A DNA stretch of 64,000 bases from positions 5,890,001 through 5,954,000 of the forward strand of contig JANJGN010000034.1 of NCBI GenBank assembly GCA_026770705.1. Reading direction: 5' to 3'. This DNA is from Isurus oxyrinchus. Its lineage: Eukaryota. The stretch's first letter is position 1. Each line of letters opens with the position of its first letter. A program made the position numbers and the translations under genes. The notes below the pieces were generated by a model. It saw only the letters and a program-made list of their open reading frames with translations, made no database searches and had not been told where the DNA came from. Positions 13,301-28,300 of this stretch are shown here, in pieces.

Positions 13301-16300
13301 ACATAAGTACTTCTTGCAGTAAAGGGATGCCAATTATAGTGCTGTATGTGATAATTGATTATTTCAGCCGTTCTCCAAAGTGGCTTATTATAAATTGTTG
13401 CAAAAGCTATCAACTCAGCAATCCCGCATGAAGGGTTTTGGCAGAACATATGTGCAGAAGATAATTTGTGGGAGACACCAAACCGAGGGGATTCATTAAG
13501 AAAAACATATAACATAATATGGTATATATCAAATCTGAAATTCACGAACTTTATTTTTATACGGAAAATATCCAACCTCTAGCAGAAAAGCACAATGTAT
13601 GGAAGGGAAGTTAGATAAATGCACCTGAGAAAATGAAAGTGAAGATGATCTTAATGGAGTGAAATGAAGTGGGGTAGATGGAGTACCGTGCGAAGTATAA
13701 ATGCCAATGTGTGGAATGCCTGCATGATGGCCGCTTTGTTTCCTGAAAATGATTTATAATGTTTCCATTTTGTGTGGTTTAAAATGGTCATTACCAAATT
13801 TGCCGCTCAATAGGCGCTCGGCTTATTTATGCTTCCTCTGATTGTAACAGGGCGTTGCAAAGAGTATTGAGCAGGCAAAAGTATTGATCACCCATTTTAC
13901 GTTAGCTTCCAAAGTCCGACTTCCTCCTGCTTTTAGTTTTTTAGGAAGTTTATATATTTTTCTCAAAAGGGAAGAATACAAAATATCAACTTTCTAGAGA
14001 ATATTAGAGTACAAACTTTGAATCCAACCCTCATAATAAAAAGAACGGCAGAAACAACTTCCACATATATAGAATGGTTAACATTACAGAACGTTGCCAT
14101 GCGCATCAAACGGTCGTAGTAATGCAAAAATTGATGCAGCTCCACATAAGGCGACATTTGAAAGCTTGGAAAAAATTTGGTCAATGAGTTAGGCAATAAG
14201 AGGCAACTGAAAAGTGGAAAGACTTGTAGAGGGGCATCGATTCGAACGGGGTTACTGACTCCGTGATGGATCAGCTAAATTCTGTATTGCAATATTTTTG
14301 CAATTAAAATTGGGGTGCATCAAATGGCCAGAAGTACATTTTGGTGAGGTCAGGTGCAGAAAGAGTCAAGAGCGAAAAATGGTTGAGGCTATCGAGGAAT
14401 CTGGCACAAAAATAATCAATTAGCACTTTGAAAGCAAGGTATTTCTTTCCCTGTACGTCCTATACAGCTGTGGAGGTCACTTAAATGACCAAAAGTAAAT
14501 TCCTGTATGTATTCATTATATAGAATTGTATGAGGTTTACTGCACAGCAACAGGAAATTTCGCCCCGCAGGCCCCGTTTGACATGCATTCTCTGCTTGGG
14601 GAGCATCGTATCCGACGACGTTGGATAGCAAGTGGGTTAGAAGTTAGAAATGGTGGAATTGTTTTTAATTGTGCGAAGAAACTGATTCAAAACAGTACAG
14701 AGTTAAATTTCGATATCGAGAAAGAACATATGCACTACAGAAGCTGGAAAAACAAACAATGATTAAATGTGAATTTTGAGATCGTAAGCAATGGCAATGA
14801 ATGAGCAGACTCTATTTAATTTGTGCACAAAGCAGACGATGATGTGCTTGCCCTGATAGCTCATCGGACCGATGAAGTAGTTTTGTAATGTAAACATAAA
14901 GAGAATTATTCGACTTGCATGGGAAATGAGACAGCGTACTTCAAAGCAAAATATCCACTAATGCACCCCATCGTGGTTTTAGAGAACGGTTATTTGCAAA
15001 GTGAAAAATGACACAGTGGAATTCGTTAGATCAAGGACAGGTTGAAGCAATAGTGTGCAATTGTTTAAAATCACACATGAGAATGAAATCATTTTTGCAG
15101 AGAAAAGAGGGAAATTCAGCCTGTTCTATCAGCTGTCTGCCAGCACATCACTTGCCAGTCCGACTCTCCTTTCCTTGTTGTCATGTACATGCATCTCTTC
15201 GGCAGTTTAGCTAATTCCAGTTTGAAAGCGATTATTGAATATATCTCGACTAACTTCTCATTATTTGTATTGCAGATGTTAACCATTATTTTATTCCAAA
15301 TAAATGTACTTCCTGTAGCCGTTCTTTGCATCCTAATTTAACATTCGTTTGTTCTTTACTTTTTTACGAGCTGCAAAATTATTCATAGGAACGCACTAAC
15401 TAGGGGCAGGGTTAATTCAGTCGCCCCTTCAAGCTTGCTCCATCATTCAGTAAGACTACGGGTGATCGGATTGTAACCTCCTGCCTAAGCATTATAATCT
15501 TTCACCCCTTGTTATTCATGAATCTACCTATATCTGCCTTTAAAATAACCAAAGACCCTGCTTCCACTGCTGATTGAGGAAGACAGTTCCAAAGACTATC
15601 GGCATTCTGAGAGAAAAATATTCTCACCTCTGTGTATAATGAGCGAAGCCTTATTTTTAAATGGTAACCACTAGTTCTAGATTCTCCCACAAGAGGAAAC
15701 ATCCTCTCCACATCCATTCTGTCCATAGCCCTTGGGATCTTTTATATTTTGAAAAGATCACATCTTAACCTCCTAAACACTAGTAGATGCAAGTTTAACC
15801 TGTCCAACCTTTCAACATAAGACAATGCGACAATTCCTGGTAATGGCATAGTAATCACCTTCTCTTAACTGTTACTAATGCATTCACACATTTCCTGAAA
15901 TAAGCGTGCAATAATTACACGGCACTGCAGATGTGGGCTCACAAGTTCCCTATAGAAATGAAGGTTAACCTCCCTGCTTTTGAGTCAATTCCCGTCCCAA
16001 TGAACGATATAATTCTACAGCTTTCTTAATTAATTGCAGTTCCAGCGTACTAGCCTTTTGTGGTTCACGCACTACGAAACCCAATTTTTTCCAAATCTCA
16101 GAGTTCTGCAACCTTTCACCTTTTAGATAATATGCTTTTGTTTTTCATTAGCACTGCCAAAAAGGAAAATTTTGCCTTTTCCTACTTTATAATTTATTTG
16201 CCTGAACTTTGCACGGTCACATACCTATCAATATTGCTTTATAGTCTCCTTACGTACTCCCCATATCTCAGCTTCCTAACTATTTTTGTGTGGTCAGCAA

Positions 16301-19300
16301 ATTTAGCAACCACAACTGCTCTATCGACTCTCTTTCGAATCCTGATAGTTGTATCCCTCTAGGGAATCTCGTCTTAACCGTCTCTTCTTAAAGTAAAGTA
16401 CAAAATATACTGACATCTTTCTATTAAGTCCCTCATCCCTCATTCTTGTAAACGTTTTCCAAAAACCTCTTTGAAGAATTTGGACCATCCCAAATTATGG
16501 GCCATTGTCTTGAACATGCAGCTGGTGCAGCTGAGTCATTGAAAAACCCGAAAGGAAAACGTATAACAACTGTCATAACTGTCAGTGAGATGTTTAACAT
16601 GCAACTTTAAATTCAGGAAGAGAGCCCTTGTTCTCAAGAGGTGTTATATTCAGCTAAATTAAACCTCTTATTAATGTGCACAGGGCAAATATATGCACAT
16701 GGCTACAAATTAACTTTTAACAAATTCCCAAGCTAATACCCATTAAGGCAACATGAACTCAAAGAATTAGCCAGGCAAAATAGTTAACAAACGGAAACTG
16801 AGACTATTTTTGCGTTGGTTCCTGTGGAGATTTTTGGAGGCTTTCCGATGCTTTTTAATTCACATTGCCTCTGCTTCTACATACAAAATTGTTCACGTTA
16901 TTCTTAGTATCGTTAATTGCATGTAATGACTCATTGAATCACCAGCCTCTTTGAACTCCAAATTTTAACAATAAAGCACCTTTCATTGAATGAATGTTAT
17001 TAGTATTATTAGCATATTGCGAGGTGCCTGCTGGCTAGTTTCAATTCACTTCTTGACTGTACCATCAAAGAATGCAATTAAAGGCTATCTTACATATCAA
17101 AACCAGTACACATCAAAGCGCCAGAACTAGCTGGCTTTAATCCAATTAAGACATACCCACAAGCTAAACCTCTCTTTTAAAAGAAACATGTTTTCCAATA
17201 ATAATGTACATATTAATACCTTCATGGCAGTTACATTATTGGACACAATGCTCCAGTTGAGGCAGCACAAATGCTTTATAATTATTCAATGCAACATCCT
17301 TGATTTTGTTCTCAATACCGCTCTTCCTTACACTCAGGATCTCCCATATACGTTCTTTAAAATTTATTCAACATGTCTGGCCGTTTAAGCGATGTGTTCC
17401 CATATACACCTATATCACTACTTTGCTCTGACCTTTTGATTTGTTGCACTTTCGATTTTGTTACCTTCCATTGCTCTGCCGAACAAAATGTGTCAGCTCA
17501 TGCCTTTTCCTTCTGAAAGAAATTTCATCCGCAATGTGCCTCTACCTTCAACAAGTTGTCCTGTGGCGACCAAGTGGAGCTGCAGAACACAAAGCTAAAA
17601 AAAACATAGGATCAACATAACATGAACGGAAATCATGTCCAAAATGACTTTAAATGCATGCGCAGTAATGTGAAATAGTACACGGCAGCTTTAGGCCACC
17701 AATTGCAGAATCAGGCAGAGTCGGGAATACTGAGGAATGACTACAGGGCAAACTGAGCCAGGAGATTAACCCTGCCATATGTAGAAAGGAAGGAGAGGGG
17801 CGAAATGTTATCTGTATTAGCTGTACCTTTTCGAGATTACATTCTATGTTCTAAAAAAAGACACAGCTATCGATAGCAGACAATCTGAATAGTTGTACTT
17901 AGAAATAAAAGATAAGAATTGTTCAGTCAAACAACCATGTCCCATCTAAAAGCGTGGTGTGGATTTGGGGTGTCAAAAATGTTGGCAAAGAAGGCAACTG
18001 AGTTAAAGAAAATAAAATAATAACATGACGAAATTCAATTGCCCTGATAATAATTTAACAGAAGAGTCGCTAAAGGAAGAAGAATTTAGAATTACTACAA
18101 TGTGCTGGTGGCCCCTTTCTAGCCGAAAATCTCAAGGAAACAAGCGAGTAAGGATTTTGTATGGACCTTTTAATGAGGAATTGACCAGGATAAAGAAGGT
18201 CAGTAAAAAAAACCGAGAAACCAGCTCGGCATTAATTACCCTACTTATGTTTAAGATGATGACAGGGAAGGTCATATGTATATCAAAAGCGAGATTTAAA
18301 GAGTGGAGATCAGATGATTCTTAGGGGGTCGTTAGAACTTCTGAAAATGACATTGCAACAAATTGGTGAAAAGCAATGTGGAAGGACAATGGCAAAATTT
18401 AAACAAAAAGAAAATAGCAGAGGGCAGGAATTTATATTCAGCAAGAGGGAGAAAGGAAATCAAACATTTGCGATACATGAATGTTGCATAAAGACAAAAG
18501 AAAGGAACTATAAATTAGGATAGTGATATATGATCAGTAGAAAAAAGCATAAAAATGCATTCCAGAGAATACCAGGAAAATAGGAGGACGGTCGAAAAAC
18601 CAGTTAAGACATCAAAGAGAAGCTATACAATAATATCTATAACGAGCATAAAATCAACAAAATATTTTACACTCTCTTCAAAAAGAAAGGCTGTGTTGGG
18701 GTAGTGCGATTAAAAGATAGAAAGAAAAAAATCACAATTTACAAAAGAAATATGCTGTGTGAACATATGAGTTTGGAGCACGATTATGCCCTTCTATCCT
18801 GCTCCCGCTTTCATTAGGATGATGACAAATATGGCTGTATCCTCAAGTCCACATTCTCGCCTATCCATGAAATCCTTTCACTCGGTAACAGGTCAATGAT
18901 CTGTCTGCCTCTTTCTTGAAAACATAATAATCAACCGCCCTGCTTCCAGAATTCGCTGGGCGAGAGAGATCAAATACAAACAATGGTCCAAGATACAAGC
19001 ACAAAATCTTCCCAAGTTCGCCTCAAACTGGGGACACCTTATTCTTAAAATTGGTGTTAACACTGAATGGTGAGAGGGCAAATGGTATAGGTGCTTTTAA
19101 AATAAAAACAATTATTTCAATCGACCGAGCAAAAGAGCATATAGGCCTGCCACCGATACAGGGCGTCTACATACTCTAAAGATTATAAAAAAGATTTATA
19201 AGTGGAAATAGTACACTTATTTCATAGCTTGTAAGAGAAAGCTGTAACAACGGAATTCTGCTGGAAATTTGCTGTAATTTCCATATTCAAGTTAGGAGCA

Positions 19301-22300
19301 AAAACTCTTCTTGTAATTAAAGGCCAGTCTTCATAGAATCGGGACAGGAAAATAATGGAATAGCTTTACAATAAAGTTATAGAAGAACAACTATCATGAT
19401 TAATGTGATCACACACGCAGACACATACAGAAAAAACATAAAGCATCTTGATATATTATTGTGTACACATGGGTGTAAATAATGGTGATGCAGTGCCCAG
19501 TTTTTCAAATGGTCTTGAATAAGCTTTTCCAGTCTGCATAAGTGAATGGGGGGGGGGGGGGGGTGATAAAGTGTTGTCAGGTGACAAGTAACTCGATGGA
19601 ATGCTTAAATGCCCTCAAGACTTAAAACAGAGACTGAGAGTAAAGGTGGGTTATTTAGAGTGGCAGAATGTGAACGTAGTATTCCACAAGAATCTTTGCT
19701 GGCTCTACTGCTATTAAATATTCGTTTTAATGGCTTTGATTATGGAGTCAGAAACTCCATTTCTAAATTTGGGGCCTCCAGCAAAATGGGTAGAATGTCA
19801 AAACAGAGGTGCATTGCAACAAATTGCGTCAAGACGTTATTACACTTGGACAAAGGACAAGCAATTGAAAATGATCTCGAATACAGATTTGTGTAAGACA
19901 TTACGTTCTGTTAGGAAGCATACTTGTTTTGTTTTGTTTTTTTGAAACGTGAAAGTCTAGGTAGGATTAAGGAAAGTAGGGGTCCAGGTCTAAAAAAACA
20001 GCAATTGCTAAATGTTTCATCGCTGGTGAGGAAGTTCACAAAAACAAAACAATCACGAGACGTAGTTTCTGCAGGGATTTAATTTAACGTGCTAATGTTA
20101 TGTCAAGCCAAGAAATACATCGGGAATCCCGCAAAAAATAGTTTTTACGTAAGTGAATAGCATAGATCCATTCAAGAGGAAGCTGGATAAATATATCAGT
20201 AAGAAGACGACAGAGGCTTTCAATGATAAACTTAGATGAGGAATTATAGAAGGAATTTCAAGTGAAGCTTTGGCGCTTGATGGGCTGAAATATCTCTTTC
20301 TGTGATGCACATCCTAAGCAAAACTGCAATTAATGAAAGAACTTAGTTCATATTTTAACAAGGCAGAATAATCTACTACTGTTTCTATTTTTAATTTATA
20401 TAACTATGTAGAGTTTGGAAACTAAACCCATGACTGAAACAGCAGCCGTGTAAATAAAAAAAGTGTTCTCTGCAATAAGTTACAATGATTGGCAATTTGT
20501 TCCGTCATCTGAATACAACCAAATTAACTGATATAATCCCACTCATTCCAATGGGACTGGTGTGAGAATTGCAAAAGTCATCAAACATCTAAGGACTCAT
20601 TGCAGCGTTTTGTTATAGAACAATTCTGCACAAAGCCCGATGTAATAATTTCACTTTTATCCTGTTAAACATTGTGTTTCATTGGAAAAAAAATGTGCTC
20701 ATCATTTTCTTTTTCCTTAGAGCTCTCTGACCTACAGCAAAAGTGCAGTAAGTATTGGCTACTGCAGTGATTTATTATTTATTTCTTCCGAGATATTTCG
20801 ACTTCCTGAGCATGTATTTTTGTGCTGGCCTCCCGTTGTAATTCAGGGATCGTGGGCTCAAATTCCCCAAGAACCATCTCCGAAACAATGTACAAAGTTT
20901 CACATTCTGAAGTTCTTGCATTGAGTTCAATAAGTTACTCAGTTTGCAGTCCCACAGAGCTCAATACTTTGCCAAAAGTTGAAATCTTCTCCGTTCAAAT
21001 CCGTTGTTAATTCATCGAAACATCTTCTGCAATTGAAACATTTACTGTAGATCACCAAGAGATGTTCTGAGAGACGTTAAACATGTTGTGCAATTGACGC
21101 CCGTCTTCTTTTAAATTGGAATTCTGATGTACAGTAATTTTGCAGATACAGGGGTTGTGTGGCAAGATGCTGGATTCCTTTCCGGACTCCCACGATGCAT
21201 TCGGTCAATTTGCAGGTTATTTATACTCGACGTGATTGACCCTGCAGAGATTTTAGAACACTAAACTACCAACAAACGCGTCCAATTTAAATGGCCTTTA
21301 TGTGTTGGCCCTCGCTGGACAAGCACAGAAAGGGATCTGCAACTTGGCGGGGTAAATTTGGAGATGGGCAATTTACTTTTCCAGGCTTCCTGTTTGTTTC
21401 ATATATCCCACCTGACCATTTGTAAGGATCTCTTGAATGTATACTTTTGGTAACATAAATAGAGCAATAGAGGCATTGCAGAAAATTCAATAAGCATTAA
21501 AGATCCTATCAGAACTGAGATGGTTTTGCAGTTCTCAAGATTCAGCATAGGGAAAATTATTGCACTCATGTCAGCGAGTTGGAAGGGGGCGTAAACGGTC
21601 AATTAATACAATAGTCAGTAACAGATCAAATATGGGTTACAAAAAATACCCATTCACTTATTGAGTGGCTCGAACATGAAATTACTCACTGCAGGCAACA
21701 TTCGTGCCTGATAACATACAGACATGTAAAGGCAGGATGATGCACTGAGACATATAAACCGATTTATTCATAGGCTTCCATAGAGACTGGCAGAAGGAGG
21801 CTCATCTGATTCCTTAATACTGCTATCATGGATTTGAGTGACCGTCCTGCTTACTTTTTGCTACTTATTTTATGTAACTCTATAATGTTTATATTGCAGA
21901 AATGTTATCCCTTTTAGCAACCTTTTGCTACACTGATTCACTCCGACATCACCCCCCATCAGCCCGTCCCTTCTCACTCAACCCTAATATGGTCCTGGTC
22001 TCAAAACTCTTCCAGGCCGGACAGGGGAGTGCCAATTGATCCTTGATTGATGGTCCTGCCCAAAAAAATACGCATTGCATGGACTGTCGTAACTCGCCCT
22101 GCCCCAATGGAAATCACCTTCTACCAACGAAAATAACAACTCAGCCGCAGTATGCGCTCCAGTAAAGTCATGTGTCAATAACAGGCCGGCGGGTGAACGA
22201 TTCCTGTTACTCTTGCAGAAGCTGATCTCGACCAAAAAGATGAGGGTAAAGTACAACCTCAAACGTAGAGTATTTTGTTTTGGTTGCATTCACTACTGGC

Positions 22301-25300
22301 CGCATGTAAGAGAAACAGTTGAATTTAATGACAGTGGACATAGTGTCCAGAACACTCACTTGTTGCCTGGGAGGTTGTTGAAACATAGTTCTGGATCAGA
22401 GGCTTCAACATAAAACTTCAGCTAAGACTCTTATTGAACGTTTATTTGGCTATACTGCCCAGTGGTTGTTTGAAACTTTCAGCTGTAGTTTTAAACTGCA
22501 ATCGTTCAACTGTCCTCTGGCATTGCCATAAGCAGCGAACAGCCAACATATCCGGAAAACAAAATAACATGAAATGAATTGGCCCCGTCTTGTCTCAGCA
22601 CTGTATATCTCTTGAGCGTCATTACAAGGACATTATCGGTATGATATCGCTTTCAGGTTTCTCGGATCTCACACTGTGTAAAATAACTCATGCGTTTTTT
22701 GTATTATTAGCTTGAGTGCATTTCCAAATGTGGGCCAGTCGATGTCACATGTCCTGAGAATGTGACGGGCACCACGACATTTGTCACAAGCACCTGAAAT
22801 GAAACAAGAAGGGCTGAGGTGCCAGAATGCCAGCAGTAATGACAACGTAATTAAGGTGACGTCTGTTGGGAAATAGAGATATTTGATTGCTAACATGACA
22901 TTCTACTTGTTTATTTTACAAAAATGCAAGAAATCGGCAAGAAAATTGGAGAGTTAGGTGAGTAATGGAAAAAAAAATAGATTTGGAAACATTGCTCGTT
23001 AATGGGATTCATTCTTATATTTTGTTTGCTTTCCTCATGGCAAATGGGATGTTTAGAAAAAGGTTAATAGGAAATCTAGTCTAACATTAAGTACTTTCAT
23101 GTCACTATCAATGTCAGAGAAAGAGTCAGCGATGCCAACCATGGTGAAGTCCAGTAGAAGTTAGATTAACCCATTGTGAGAACAAATATTATAAACTCGT
23201 GTATGGTGAGAACAAGGATTAGTTCCACTCGGTTTGTGTGGGAGGTCGGTTTTGCGGATGTGTGGAGAGGGCGGTGTTGTTTATCGATAAGCTTAGTTGT
23301 GGTTGATGGCGGGTGCTAGTGATCTAAGTGAGAAATACAATAGATCTGGTGGGGATCGATCGTGCTTTGCTGAAATGAAATATGTGTTTCAACATGTGTG
23401 TGTGGTCAGCTCTTTCTGAGGTCAAGTCTTATTTTGCTGACTATCTCATGAGATGTGGGCGTGGCTAAAAAGGCCCTCCTTTGTTGCCTCTTCTAATTGC
23501 CTTTGAAATGGCCATCTTGCATTACATAACTATAGCCAGTTACAGGAGATGTGTTTCCCTGAACTGAAACGGCGGAATTGATTATTTGTCCTGTTACAGA
23601 GAGTAGTTTTCAATTCCAGATTGTTTAACTGAATTTAAAGTCCACAAACTATTAGGCTTGAACCCGTGTCTCAGCGGATTGCTTGAAGGATAATCAGAAG
23701 TTAGCAGACACAGTTTCAAAATAACACATCTTCCAATTAAGACAGAGGTTTGCCTTCACTGAGTCGTTAATACTGCAGGTCAATACTGCAGGGGACAGTG
23801 CAGGCTGTGGCATTGAGTATTTTATCACCGCATATTAACGTACGAGGTAATTAATTCTTATGGGGAAGGAAAAACAAAAAATAACTGTTGAGGTTGGGAA
23901 TCAGACATGAAACAGAAAATGCTGGCAAAACGTAACCGGTCTGGCAGCATCTGCGGAGATAGAAATGGGGGTTAAGTTTTTGAAATCATACGGCTCTTCT
24001 TCATGGCTGGTTATGAAGTTAATTCAGGCAAGTGGATTTAAGGCACTACCAGATTAGTTATATTCTTCTAGAATGCAGGGTAAGGTTAGAGGGGCCAAAT
24101 GGCCTAATTCTGCTATATTTTCTTATCATTTTACATTGTTAAGGGACGACACAACTATTTGTCCTTTGTCAAAAATGTACATAACCAAGGCCTCTACCAG
24201 CTCCATTTGATTGAGAATTTTGAATACCAAGTTGCACTCGCAAGAATCTCAGCGTTTTGCTCGCTTATCCAGACTGCTGAAAACAGTTATCTTTTGGGGA
24301 CCAAAGCACAGTAAATGAAGGTTGAATACCTTAAAGTTTACTTTTGTTAGGATCTAAATAACACGAACGACCAGTCAATGATCAAGAGTGAAAGGAAGAG
24401 AGAGTTCTAAACTTTTCAATGGGATGTCTGATACCGAATTGCAGATCACATTTATATGCTCAGTGACATTGCAGATCCTATAACTTTTCTATTGCTTATA
24501 TTTCCTTTACCGATTCACAGAAAATGTAAAGAAGGGTATGTATACATATGTTACGGAAACTCAACTTTAAAGCAAGATAAATAGGTTGCCCAAAAAGTTC
24601 ATCCCTGGTGGAATCAGCCCAATATCCCGTCGAGTATCTTGCCTGATATCGAATATAGCGTTATTTCGCTTTTTAACGTCCATCTGTGACATCACCCCTC
24701 CTCGATCTCTGTAACCATCCAAAGCTCCAAAAGCATTTTTAATTCACGTATTTTTCTTTCTTAATTACCAATTTAGTGCTTTCCCAGTCCCCACTTCTAA
24801 ACATTTAAGACATACCCTAAAAACTGTGCCTCAGAGTGGTCAGCATTGATACTTTCTCGCAACCTCTTTGTTATGGTTATGTTACTCTGTGTTCCATGCC
24901 GATGTATGTTTCTTCCTTCTATGTCTTTGTCTGTTTAGTAAAAGTATATTATCGTCTTCAGTCAAATCCGAGGAAGGCTGATATCACTTGAAGGTCTCGG
25001 GAGAGTGTAGAGTCGAGTGAACATGAGCCAGGATGTGACCTCTTCCAAAAGCGTAACTTTTTAAGAGCACCTGGAAGGCTGTTAAAACACACACCTGATG
25101 GATTTAAAGACTCATGCTGTTTCTCTCCGCCTTGCAGAGCTAAGTACCTGCCAAGATACTGTAAAAGATGTAGGTGAGTCAATCAGTTTTGATGCCTGCT
25201 GAATTTCCCGGCCGTTTGCTTTACTCTTACATCAAGCTAAGCTCCAAGTATTTCTAAGCACAACGGAGAAAGAATGATCCAGGAGCATTAATATGGTTTA

Positions 25301-28300
25301 TTTAAAGATGGTGAACTTTAAATCAATGACAGACTAGTTTTGTATGGAGAGCTGAACTGTCAATTAAAGTGTTTTCGTGCAAAGCTCGGTCAGACTTTTT
25401 GCAAGTGACTTTATGGATTGTTCATTGTTCGGAATGATTCACGTACATCATATCATGGATAAAATATGGCCTGCATTGTATCACTAGTTGCTGGCATTCA
25501 ATTCGCAGACTTATTTAGGGTCACGTGTGTATTCAGTTGCACAGAATACAATGGAATTAAATATTTGGGGTGGGTATATATTCTTCCCTCTCAACGAAAT
25601 CACACATTTTGCCTGGCTAACCAGAATTGAAATTCATCGTGTAGAGCTTGGTTAATGTGAATGTTTTACCCATATGATATGGAATCAGCACTCCCCGTCA
25701 CATTTCACCAATCTTAACAATTGTTGGCTTCAAGGTTAAAAAAAAAGACCTGGACCTTTTTCAGCGAAAGATCGATCAAAATAACGATTACATGACATTA
25801 GGAATGTGGCTTAATTTACGTTACCTCCTTGCTCCATGATGTGCAACTCCCTCCGATAGTGCCACTGCGAGGTAAAGAGGAAAACTTCACTATTCATTCT
25901 TGTTTGCACAATAAGATCGGTAGCAAGGTGTCAGCTAGCAGTGAATAAATGGCTGTTGTAAACTTTCTATGAGCTGTTCCACACAATTTTCACGGTGTTC
26001 CACGTGCTCAAAGAGAGTTATGTTTGCCCTGCACTGTCGGCCACATGCAGAATAGTTTGATTTTCTGTGATAACCTTTCCGCGGTAGGTCATGCATTCGT
26101 TCATTTTATTATTTATTCTTGATTTGTTTCACAGATCAATTAAAAAAAGGTAAGTGGAAATGTGCTCTCGCACCTCACAATCTAAACGGATGAAAAGAAA
26201 GATGAGGAAATATCGATTTGCAGTGATTACACATTCCAATTTAAAATAACATTTAAATTGCTATTATTATATCTAAATCCATCTGTGGCCTCGCCCGTCC
26301 ATATTGCCTTGAGAATCTTCTGGCTTTACAACTGGCTGCAATTTTGTGATCACACCACGCTGGCCTCTTACGGAGCACACTATTCCTTTACCTTACCAAT
26401 GGTGTTTTATGGCTTCTGTAATATATCCAAAGGCTCTAAAGCATGTTTACTAATCTTTGAACCTCAAACTATCCCTCCTCCTTTAACATACACATATTTC
26501 CTGGGCTGCTTCCAAGGTACACCCCTCGTCCTCACCCCGGAGTCTGGCCAATAATAATGTTTCACTCAAAGCATGTTGAAATGCACGGAGGCTCCTTATG
26601 CCCTGCGGCAATTTGGTTATCGAGAAGGCCTGCAAGGAACCTTAGAAACACTCAGCAGATGATGCGCTGGCTTACATGTCCTCAGGACAAAAAGGGGATT
26701 ACATGGCATCTTAAAAAACTCAATGGCTCTTCTGGCGAACGAAGGCTGCTGCAGGTCCAATCCTGAATCGTTTCATTTCACTGCCATTGGACCAAGGTGT
26801 ATTTCTCTAAAGCAGTCCTGGAAGATGGTGTACAACAGTTTCTCCATCCTAAAATTTTGCCCGCAAGGGCATTTTTCTTTTTGACAACATCTACCATGCC
26901 ATCCAGTATCCAGTGAATGGTGGAGGGAGCAGTGTTGTCTTGTATCAAAGCGGTCACTTGAACTATACTAGAACCGCATTTGGTCAATTGAGAAAGCGAG
27001 CATTCGAAGGTCGCAACATCAAAACTGACAGAAAGCACATTATCTTTTATTTTTGCTTGATTCCCACCTTACTCTAAGGGGCTCCAAGATGGACATCGTA
27101 AACGAGGAACCTCAAAGCCCTTGAGTCATACTGTTAAAGCTGACTGCGAATGAAATTGAATATTAGTGGGAGGGCAGACAGGTGGACACTGTGACCAGTC
27201 AGGTATCAGGCTCCCAAAGCAGATATTTTTTCCACGATTACCATAGACGGATGCACCAGAGAAAGGCAGAGGACGGTCCTAAGGGATGTGCTGAAAAGAA
27301 ACATGCAGAAAGTGAATTATTCATATCGACATCTCAGTGAACAACGTTTATAGATTAAGCCAAACGGCACCAAGGAATATAGGAAGGACACCAGCACTTT
27401 GAAAAAGAACAACAGTAAAATGATTCGGAAAAGCAGGGGGTGGAGTGAGACGTAGCTAGAAATGATATTATCTGCAAGCCAGTAATCACGTGTCCCAATG
27501 TGGCCTCATGTTGCATCACCTCCAGTTTTGTCAAGAACTGTTTGTGTGGAAACAATTTTAGTGTTTTCCTGCATTAAGTCACTACATACATGCTAATTGC
27601 CCTTTCCTGTCAACAGCCTACTTTCAATCTTTACCAGCAAAGTTTCTGTTGCAAAATCTAGGAAAATGTTGCTTGTAGGACGACTACTCAAGGGATCTTA
27701 TATTACAGTTATCCATGCGGGAGACAACCATATTCCTCGAAGAAAAACTAAACATTTCTAACATAATCAAAGAATACAGCTTGTCATAGATCGGTTACAG
27801 CAGAGAGAGAGGCCATCGGGCTCTTCACGTGTGAGGCGGATCTCTGGGTGATTATCTCAGCTGTTCCCATTCTCCTGACCTTCACCTGCAAGGCATGCAA
27901 CTTGCTTACTATTCAAAGAATTACTCAGCTCCCTATTAAAAGCCACGATTGCCCCTTCTCCGAGCTCATTCTGAGGCATTGCATTTAAGAACCTAATGAC
28001 GTGCTGCACATTTATTTTCCCCTTGTCCACTTTGGTTCTCTTTCAGCTGAATTTAAATCAATGTCTCCGCTTCTTGACCATTCCAGATGGGAAGAGTTTA
28101 GGCCTACATAATATGTCCAGGCCCAGTCGTGAATTTGAGAAGACCCAGCAAATCTCCTTTCCATCATATTGTATCAATGTACAACCGCTCTGAATTCCCT
28201 ATTCTTTAAACCTAGAAGAAACAACCATCTCTGGAAAAATTCACAAGAATACACTCTCTACCCTCTCAAACGTCTTCACTTCTCCCTGAACTATGACGTC

